From Pseudomonadota bacterium (GTDB taxonomy: Bacteria > Myxococcota > JACRCW01 > JAFGSX01), in the NCBI GenBank assembly GCA_043821645.1, contig JBDRCO010000003.1, forward strand, positions 64,001 to 128,000: 64,000 nt of DNA, in the 5' to 3' direction. How positions within the stretch are numbered: position 1 is the stretch's first letter; the number at the start of each line of letters is the position of its first letter. Shown one piece after another: positions 55,666-64,000 of this stretch. Made by a program: the position numbers and the translations under genes. The notes under the pieces were generated by a model, which saw only the letters and a list, made by a program, of their open reading frames with translations, was not told where the DNA came from and searched no databases.

Positions 55666-58017
55666 GTGAGCGACCCGCGAACCAGCCCCGTGACGAGCGA
55701 CGGTGCTGCCGAGGTGCTGGTGGCCACCGCGGACAGCCTCGAGCTGTCTTCGATCGAGCTCGAGCCTGAAGTGGAGGATTCCGTGGCCCCGGACGCGGAG
55801 GCAGCGACCCCGGCCATCGAGCGAACCATAGGGCTCGGCCGCGCCATCGGTCTCGGCGTCGGCGCCATCGTCGGCGGCGGCATCCTGGCCCTGGCCGGCG
55901 CAGCCTTCGCGGTCACTGGCCCCTCGGCCATCGTGGCCTTCGCCCTCAACGGCCTGGTGGCCGTGCTCACGGCCCTGTCCTTTGCCGAGATGTCCACGGC
56001 CTTTCCGCGATCGGGCGGCGCCTATGCCTTTGCCAAGAAGGTGCTCACGGTGCAGGCCGCCTTCGCCGTGGGCTGGATCCTGTGGTTCGCCTACATCGTC
56101 GCGGCCGTGCTCTACGCCCTGGGCTTCGCGGAATTTGGCGTGGCCATCGTCGAGGAACTGGCCCGGGTAGCCGGGGTGGCAGCTCCAACCTGGATCGAAA
56201 GTCGCGGCGCCGTGCATGCCCTGGCCCTCGTCGCCACCCTGGGCTACGCCGGGGGCCTGGTGCGGCGCGTGGCCGGCGGCAGCCAGTGGGCGACCTGGGC
56301 CAAGCTCGCGGTGTTCGTGCTGCTCATCCTGGCGGGCCTGGTGCTGTTGCCCGGCGCGCCGTCCGGCACGGTGAGAAATGGGCTGACACCATTTTTCGCC
56401 GGTGGCCCGACCGGACTGGTCCAGGCCATGGGCTTCACCTTCATTGCTCTGCAGGGCTTCGAGGTCATCGCGGCCGTGGCTGGCGAGGTGCGCGAGCCGC
56501 GCCGCGTGCTGCCCCGGGGCATGCTGTACTCCCTGGGCATCGCCATCGCCATCTACCTGCCGCTGTTGCTGCTCACCTCGACCCTCGGTGTGCCCGCCGG
56601 ACGCTCCATCGTCGAGCTGAGCCGGCAGCACCCCGAGACGGTGATGGCGGTGACCGTGCGCACCTACCTCGGCCTGCCGGGCTACTGGCTGGTGCTGGTG
56701 GCCGCGGTGCTCAGCATGCTGTCCGCGCTGCAGGCCAACCTGCTCGCGGCGTCGCGCATCTCGCTGAGCATGGCGCGCGAGCGCACCCTGCCACGGGTGC
56801 TGGCCGAGGTGCATGAGCGCTGGGGCACGCCCATCATGGCGATTGCGGCGACGACCCTGGCCGTGGTGGCCATCGTATTCATGATCCCCGACCTGGCGGC
56901 GGCCGGTGCGGCAGCGAGCTTGATCTTCCTGGTGAGCTTCGCCCTGGTCCATGGCATGACCTATCTGCGGCGGCGGCGCAGTGGCGTCGTGCAGGGCCTG
57001 TTCCGTATCCCTCTGTTCCCTCTTGTGCCCGTCGTCGGCGGCGCGGCTTGTACGCTGCTGGCGCTGTTCCAGGCCGTGGCTGTGCCCAGCGCTGGGGCCA
57101 TCATGGCCATCTGGCTGGGCCTGGGCGTGTTGCTGTACTTCTCGCTGTTTCGATCGCGCGCCAGGGTGGTGGACGCGTTGGCCGAGGCCCATGATCCGGA
57201 CCTGGCCAGGCTGCGCGGTCGCAGTCCGCTGGTCCTGGTGCCGGTGGCCAGCCCCGAGCGCGCAGCAGCCCTTGTCGGTCTTGGAAACGCGATGGCCGCG
57301 CCGCTGGTCGGCCGGGTGGAGTTGCTGTCGGTGGTTCGCCAGATCGGGATAGCGGACCCGCTGCAGAACAAGCTCTTGGCCGACGGCGAGCGCGTGCTGC
57401 ACGAGGCCATGCAGGAATCCCTGCGCACAGGTCACACCCCCGAAGCCCTGCTTACCATGGCGGTGGATCCCTGGGCGGAGATCCGCCGCGTGGCCCTGGC
57501 TCACCGCTGCCAGAGCCTGGTGCTGGGCCTGACCCGTCTTGGCGCCGAGGACTCGGTGCGCCAGCTCGAGGACCTCATCAACGACATCTCGGCCGATGCC
57601 TCCATTCTGCGCTCGGATCCCGGTTTTCACCTGGACCAGGTGTCGCGGGTGCTGGTCCCGATCGGAGGCCGTGGCGGCCACGACGATCTACGGGCGCGCG
57701 TGCTGGGTAGCCTGTGCCGCGCCCGCGCGCGCGACGTGGTGTTCGCCCGGGTGGTTCCGCCCGATCTTGGCGACAGCGCGCAAGAGGATCTGCTGCGCGG
57801 GTTGCGCGGCATCGCGGTCGAGGAGGCTCCAGGGCAGGCTCGGGTCGAGCTGCTGGCTCATGCCGATCCGGTGCAGGCCGTCGTCGACAGGGCGCGGGAC
57901 TCGGACCTGGTGGTGCTCGGTCTGGCCCGTGTCGACGGAAGGCGCCACTTTGGCCATGTCGGCCTGGACATTGCCCGCCGCAGCCCCTGCGCGTGCTTGC
58001 TGATCAGCAGACGTTGA
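55666..58017 (+). CDS. APC-family amino-acid permease with C-terminal tandem USP domains
   Basis: GAIVGGGI, SFAEM..FPRSGG, GFE..AGEV; VLVPV and VLVPIGG USP domains. Confidence 0.9.
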   Translation: MSDPRTSPVTSDGAAEVLVATADSLELSSIELEPEVEDSVAPDAEAATPAIERTIGLGRAIGLGVGAIVGGGILALAGAAFAVTGPSAIVAFALNGLVAVLTALSFAEMSTAFPRSGGAYAFAKKVLTVQAAFAVGWILWFAYIVAAVLYALGFAEFGVAIVEELARVAGVAAPTWIESRGAVHALALVATLGYAGGLVRRVAGGSQWATWAKLAVFVLLILAGLVLLPGAPSGTVRNGLTPFFAGGPTGLVQAMGFTFIALQGFEVIAAVAGEVREPRRVLPRGMLYSLGIAIAIYLPLLLLTSTLGVPAGRSIVELSRQHPETVMAVTVRTYLGLPGYWLVLVAAVLSMLSALQANLLAASRISLSMARERTLPRVLAEVHERWGTPIMAIAATTLAVVAIVFMIPDLAAAGAAASLIFLVSFALVHGMTYLRRRRSGVVQGLFRIPLFPLVPVVGGAACTLLALFQAVAVPSAGAIMAIWLGLGVLLYFSLFRSRARVVDALAEAHDPDLARLRGRSPLVLVPVASPERAAALVGLGNAMAAPLVGRVELLSVVRQIGIADPLQNKLLADGERVLHEAMQESLRTGHTPEALLTMAVDPWAEIRRVALAHRCQSLVLGLTRLGAEDSVRQLEDLINDISADASILRSDPGFHLDQVSRVLVPIGGRGGHDDLRARVLGSLCRARARDVVFARVVPPDLGDSAQEDLLRGLRGIAVEEAPGQARVELLAHADPVQAVVDRARDSDLVVLGLARVDGRRHFGHVGLDIARRSPCACLLISRR

Positions 58018-58042
58018 GCCACGTCACGACCCCAGCCCCGCA

Positions 58043-58654
58043 CTATCGTCGCTGCGCCCCGGCTGCGACGAGCGCCCGCTGAAGCACCTCGACCGGCTGG
58101 CAGCCCACGATCTCGAGGTCTCCGGCAAAGAAGGTGGGGATGCCGCGCACGCCCGCCGCGTTGGCCTCGGCGCGCATGGCGTCGACGCGCGCCAGCATGG
58201 GGGCGCTATCCGCGGCCGCCAGGGCGGGCACCGGGTCGAGGCCGACCTCGCGCGCCAGATCCATGAGCACGCCGTCGTCTTCGAGGTTTCGTTGCTGCCG
58301 CCAGTGCGCGTTCATGGCCGCCACCCTGAACGGTTCGAGGCAGCCCTGCTGCCGCGCGTACTCCGCCAGGGCCAGGGCGCGGCGCGTGTTGGGCAGGTGA
58401 TCGGGCGGGTTCATGTCGGTGATACCGAAGCCCAGGGCAAAGCGCTGCAGGTGCTCGTGCATGGCGGGAATGCGCGCGCTGCCAAACAACTCGCCCAGGG
58501 ACATGCCGCCAGGGGGCGTCTCCGGGTGCAGCTCGAAGCCGCGCCAGTCGATCTCGAAGTCGTAGTCCGCGTGCAACCTGACCAGGCTGCCTTGCTCCGC
58601 GATGAAGCAGTACGGTCAGACGAAGTCGGTGTAGAGGTGCAGGGTCGTGGTCAT
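58043..58654 (-). CDS. DsbA/FrnE-family oxidoreductase, selenoprotein (UxxC)
   Basis: ATG 58654 with GAGGA RBS reads MTTTLHLYTDFV-UGA-PYCFIAE in frame with ORF 58043..58576 (FELHP, GIPTF, GCQP); UGA at 58616-58618. Confidence 0.88.
58573..58590 (-). promoter_or_regulatory. Candidate bacterial SECIS hairpin
   Basis: mRNA GCAGCCU-GGUC-AGGUUGC; the loop begins 33 nt after the UGA. Confidence 0.65.
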
Positions 58655-58848
58655 GGTGTCCTCGTCGGGGTGTCGGTCACATATAGTGTTTGGCCCGCGG
58701 CACGCTTTGTGTTTCAAGCCCCAAGTCTGCAATGCGACGAGGTCATCGATGGGCAGGTGAGCACAGTGGTCGCCGCTGCCAGGCCGTTGCCTGGGACCTT
58801 CGCCTGCGTGGAACGACAGGGGTACCGAGGGCCGGGGGCGTGGGGTGA

Positions 58849-60168
58849 TCAGGCTTCGGGCCTGGTGACCCGGCCCAGGAACAGCACGGTGCCGGTGGCC
58901 AGGTCGCGGATGGCGTAGATGAAGGGCCGATCGCAGGTGATGTAGGGCCCGCTCGGCATGCCGCTGCCCTCCATCACCACTGCGGTGGCGGCGGCGGCCT
59001 CGGTGCCCTTCTCGTTGACCGAGATGAAGGCCTTGTGCAGCACGTTGCCGATGAACAGCTCGCGGCTGCCGTCCATGCCCGAGAAATCAGCGGTGCCGGA
59101 CACGAAGGCGTCGTGCATGCCAAGCCCCTGCAGCACATCGCGCAGCGTGATGCTGGGCGTGCCAAAGGTCCAGCGCGGCAGGCTCAGGATCACCTCGCCG
59201 TCACTCATGCTGTCGACGATGCTCTGCAGGCTCTCGGCGGTCAGTGCGTCCTCGAAGGTGCTGAACTGTCCCGCGGCAGGCAGCAGGATCAGCATGGCCA
59301 GCTCGCCACCGTCATAGGGCAGCTCGACCGCTTGCAGGTCGGCCGTGTCGAGGTGCTTGAAGGAGGTGGTCTGGTGCATCATCTGCACCGGCACGCTGGA
59401 ACCATCGAGTGCGGAAAAGGTTGCCTGGCTGGTGGACTCCTCGGCAAAGACCTCGGCCCAGGCGGCGTTGAAGTAGATGGCGTTGGTCAGCACCAGCCGG
59501 GTCAGGCTGTCCAGGGCTCCTGCCGGGATCAGGTCCTGGATGCGCTGCTCGGTCTGCTCCTCGACCCAGCCGTTGATGGTCTGGCGCGCAACCTCGGTCT
59601 GGGTCGCAAAGTCCAGCAGGCGCAGGCCCGCGCCGTAGTTGATGGCCAGGGTGTCGAGGAAGGGTGCCAGAAAACCGTAGCCATCCTGTCCCCAGATCGC
59701 GTTGACCACATGCAGCCGGAAGCCCTCTCCGTCCTGGCCGGCGGCGCCCTGGCCGCGGCTGTTGAGCTCGAGGTCCAGGTGATTGAACACCGGATGCAAC
59801 CTGTCCTGGGCCAGCACGTAATCCATGGCATCCGCCATCTCGGTCGCGGTGTTGCCCAGGGCACCGGCATCCGTCATGGCCAGGGCGATCGAGATGCTGT
59901 AGGGCGAGAAGAACACGTTGTCGACGGTGCCCGCGCGCAGCGCCTGGTACATGTCGATCCCGAACTGCGTGTTGCCACGGACCTGCGCCGTGACGTCGCT
60001 GGCCTCAACCGCAGGGCTCAAGTTTCGTTCCTTGTCCGAACGCACCAGGGTGCCAGGACCGTCGTCATTCTGGGGCGTCGGCTCGATCGGCGTGCAGGCC
60101 CACAGGCCCAAGCCGAGCAGGGCCAGCGAGGTGGTGATGAGCGTCTTTGCGGTGCGCAGGGTTCGCAT
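58849..60168 (-). CDS. Serpin family lipoprotein
   Basis: Lipobox LWAC; NVFFSPYSI, LTNAIYF, EKGTEAAAAT hinge, DRPFIY, LFLGRV. Confidence 0.95.
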   Translation of the reverse strand: MRTLRTAKTLITTSLALLGLGLWACTPIEPTPQNDDGPGTLVRSDKERNLSPAVEASDVTAQVRGNTQFGIDMYQALRAGTVDNVFFSPYSISIALAMTDAGALGNTATEMADAMDYVLAQDRLHPVFNHLDLELNSRGQGAAGQDGEGFRLHVVNAIWGQDGYGFLAPFLDTLAINYGAGLRLLDFATQTEVARQTINGWVEEQTEQRIQDLIPAGALDSLTRLVLTNAIYFNAAWAEVFAEESTSQATFSALDGSSVPVQMMHQTTSFKHLDTADLQAVELPYDGGELAMLILLPAAGQFSTFEDALTAESLQSIVDSMSDGEVILSLPRWTFGTPSITLRDVLQGLGMHDAFVSGTADFSGMDGSRELFIGNVLHKAFISVNEKGTEAAAATAVVMEGSGMPSGPYITCDRPFIYAIRDLATGTVLFLGRVTRPEA

Positions 60169-60388
60169 GTCAAACCTCCGAAAAGGTGGGGTGGTGCGTG
60201 TTCTGGCCCTCGCACACGCATAGCCTGGGCCAACCCTGCGCTCTAGATAACGTTACTGAAATCAAATGGTTGTGAAAATGTCAGGCGTGGATGGTCGGCC
60301 CGAGCGCGTCAGAATTTTGAGGAGTTCGCGGTTTCTCTCGGCTGGACCGCAGCGCGCTGGTGGCAGGGTGAAGGGGCGCCGCGGCGGC

Positions 60389-60865
60389 TCAGGGTGTCTT
60401 GACCAGGGCGCGGAGCATCGCGGCCAGCTCCCTGTCCTCGAGCGCGGCCTGCTGTAGCTTCTCGCGACCACGCGACTGTTGATTGGCGGCGCGAAAGCAC
60501 TCCCAGGCGTTGCTGTAGGCGATCTCGCGGCAGGCGCGCAGGCTGGCGGCATGAGGGACGTCCGCGGGCACGCGCAGCGCCACCGCAGCCTTGAGATAGC
60601 TCTCGGCGGCCTCGGCGTGGTTGTCCGCCTGCACCAGCTCCGAGGCTCGCTCGAAACGCTGCTCGGCGTCGTGATATCCCTCGGGCACGGGGTCCCGTCC
60701 GGCCACACCGGGAAGGGCCTGCAGGATGGGAAAGCGGGAACCGACCTGCTGCTGGGTTTCGGACATGGTCACTCTCCTCGTGTCGCGGGCGTCGTCGCGG
60801 TTCTGCGAGCACGCGATGCTGCCCACCAGGCACAGCACGGCAGCCTCGAGACGGCGGGACATCAC
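60389..60865 (-). CDS. Hypothetical lipoprotein, helical/TPR-like
   Basis: Lipobox SIAC; starts 16 nt downstream of the HEXXH gene. Confidence 0.65.
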   Translation of the reverse strand: MMSRRLEAAVLCLVGSIACSQNRDDARDTRRVTMSETQQQVGSRFPILQALPGVAGRDPVPEGYHDAEQRFERASELVQADNHAEAAESYLKAAVALRVPADVPHAASLRACREIAYSNAWECFRAANQQSRGREKLQQAALEDRELAAMLRALVKTP

Positions 60866-60881
60866 AGCGCCACCTCGGGGC

Positions 60882-62636
60882 TCAGTTCACGTGCTTGTTC
60901 TTCTCGAAGTACTCGAACAGCTTGGGTGAGTTGGCCTTCATCCACTGCGGATCGGTGCGGTACAGCGAGTACGCCTCGGCGTAGAACTCCTGGGCGCCCT
61001 CCTTGGCCGCGTAGTCCGTGAAGGGCAAGATCTTGTTGTCCTTGACGTACTTGGAAAAGCTCTGGAGCCGTGCGCTGGTGTCGCCGGGGCCACTGGCCGT
61101 CGTCTCCACGGCCCGGGCCGTGGCCATGGTCCGGGCCAGGTCCGCGCGGGTGTCCTGGGCAGCGGCCATGTCCTTGGCCGCGCGCGCGGTGGGGTCGCTG
61201 TCCGGGAGCTTGGCCAGGGCCGCGTCACGGTTCTTGATCGCGGTCGCCAGGGCGGTCTTGGCGGTCTTGACCTGGCTGTCGGTCTTGGCATCGGACAGAG
61301 CCTGGGTCTTCTTGTCCACGTCCTGGATGGCGCCATTGACCTTGAGGGCAGGCCGCTGCAGGGAGACCCCGCTGGTCTGCGCGTAGTACGTGTCGGCGGC
61401 GCTCTTGTAGTCGCCCAGGGTGTGCTTGTTGTAGGCCTCGGTGGCGACGTTGCGCGTGTTCATCGCGCTGTTCAACTTCTCGGCCTCGACGGCGTGGCCA
61501 GCCTCGTGCACCAGGGTCTGCACCGAGGGTGGCAGGCGGCTACCGGCGGCACCACTGCCGACGAAGCTGTTCGCATCGCCCTTGAATGTGTCATCGCCGA
61601 CGCGGATGCTCTTTTTGTAGCTGGCCGGCGGACCGACGTCGACATCCGCCTTGAACTCGGCCACGCGGGAACCACCCAGGGATGTGTGGCGCTCGAGCAC
61701 GATGCCCTTGAGGGCGTCGCGCTCGGCGCCCGAGGTCAGGCTGAACGCCGCATGGGCCTTGTTCAGCTCGTCCAGGGCAAAGGCCTTGGGCGTACTCGAG
61801 ACGGTGACGCCGAAGTCCTTCTGCAGTGCTTTCTTGGCCTCGTCGACGGTCTTGAAGGTCGAGGTCGCGGGGATCTCTGCCGTGCCTGGGCCGTGCAGGG
61901 TGACCGTCGCCTTGCCCGCCTTGCTGATCTCGGCGCTGATGGCGTTCTTGGTGCCGTTGAGGTCGACGATGCGGTCCTGGTGCCCGCCCTTCTCAGCATT
62001 GACCGAGTGCAACAGCGCGTGCTTGGCGTCGGCAGCCTCGGCGCTCTTGGGGTCCTTGAAGGGGGGCTTGAACTCGACGCCACCCGGGTATTCGGCGGCG
62101 AGAGCCTTGTCCAGGCGGGTGTGGGTCGCGGCGAGCTTGTCGGCCTTGCGCTCGGCGGCACTCAGCGGCGTGTTGAGCTTGCCACCGTTCATCACCGTGC
62201 CGTCGTACTTGTACTTGGTGCCCAGGTCGGCCTTGTCGCCGCCGTACTTGTAACCGAGGGTCTCGGAGCGTGCACCAGGCCGGGCCAGCTGCGCGGGGCG
62301 GGGCAGGGTCGAGGCGCCCAGCATGGCCCTGGACACCTCGGCGTTCAGGGCCTGGTCGACCTGGACCGCCTTCTTTTTCTTCTTCTTCGAGGTCTTGCCC
62401 ACACTCGCGTTCTCGATGTGGGTCAGCTTGCCGCCATCCTGGGGTCGGGCCGTCGTGTGAAACCGGTCCGCGGAGCCCGTGCTCTTGAGACCTGCATGCT
62501 CCTCGGTGGAGGCAGGAGCCTTCGCGGTCTCCGGGGTCGAGGAGGCCTGGGTGGTCGACGGCGCTGTCTGGGTGGCGGGCGAGGGCGCGACGGTCGGTGC
62601 TGGCCCGGGCTGGGCCGGGGTTCGGATCGTGCTCAT
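60882..62636 (-). CDS. Zn-metallopeptidase (HEXXH, lethal-factor/gluzincin-like C-terminus) with low-complexity N-terminus
   Basis: LVHEAGHAVE and distal YA...EFYAEAYSLY; P/T/A/S-rich N-terminus; no signal peptide. Confidence 0.7.
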   Translation of the reverse strand: MSTIRTPAQPGPAPTVAPSPATQTAPSTTQASSTPETAKAPASTEEHAGLKSTGSADRFHTTARPQDGGKLTHIENASVGKTSKKKKKKAVQVDQALNAEVSRAMLGASTLPRPAQLARPGARSETLGYKYGGDKADLGTKYKYDGTVMNGGKLNTPLSAAERKADKLAATHTRLDKALAAEYPGGVEFKPPFKDPKSAEAADAKHALLHSVNAEKGGHQDRIVDLNGTKNAISAEISKAGKATVTLHGPGTAEIPATSTFKTVDEAKKALQKDFGVTVSSTPKAFALDELNKAHAAFSLTSGAERDALKGIVLERHTSLGGSRVAEFKADVDVGPPASYKKSIRVGDDTFKGDANSFVGSGAAGSRLPPSVQTLVHEAGHAVEAEKLNSAMNTRNVATEAYNKHTLGDYKSAADTYYAQTSGVSLQRPALKVNGAIQDVDKKTQALSDAKTDSQVKTAKTALATAIKNRDAALAKLPDSDPTARAAKDMAAAQDTRADLARTMATARAVETTASGPGDTSARLQSFSKYVKDNKILPFTDYAAKEGAQEFYAEAYSLYRTDPQWMKANSPKLFEYFEKNKHVN

Positions 62637-62713
62637 GGTGGGGCTCCCCCTGAAATGGAGGTCCCACTGTGAACCCGGGAGCCGGGCAGGTCAACCGCCC
62701 GGCGCGCGAAGGC

Positions 62714-64000
<1,287 letters not shown>

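Noticed and set aside
58043-58654. DsbA pseudogene with a premature stop
   Set aside because: The stop is UGA precisely at the catalytic Cys position with a SECIS-like hairpin downstream, so selenocysteine recoding is more parsimonious.

Overview
High-GC bacterial window whose gene content looks deltaproteobacterial/Myxococcota-like (inference). The left end (1-3083) is accessory. It holds a 5'-truncated RHS/YD-repeat toxin gene running off the window edge, a low-GC orphan ORF and a second 5'-truncated gene. Both truncations fall exactly at the CCCCC end of copies of one 19-bp repeat (GTGCCAGCAACCTACCCCC: three direct copies plus one inverted copy), suggesting a repeat-guided cassette-shuffling system. 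The rest is chromosomal. Lipid genes: fadN-fadA, an alkylglycerone-phosphate-synthase-like/Fe-S/DAG-kinase operon, a PlsC-lipase fusion, an acyl-CoA dehydrogenase and an MCE/Mla transporter coupled to an outer-membrane protein. Signalling genes: a sigma54 activator, an FHA-GAF-degenerate cyclase and a Ser/Thr kinase. A split carotenoid cluster contains crtE-I-B, a CruA-type cyclase, an acyltransferase and crtD-crtC-GT, with a 349-nt crtD/crtC overlap. Other genes include glycosyltransferases, a UGA-recoded DsbA/FrnE selenoprotein missed by the ORF track, a serpin lipoprotein, two signal-peptide-less effector-like proteins and a partial ettA. No rRNA, tRNA, CRISPR array or transposase was recognised. 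All calls come from motif recognition by eye; no searches were run.
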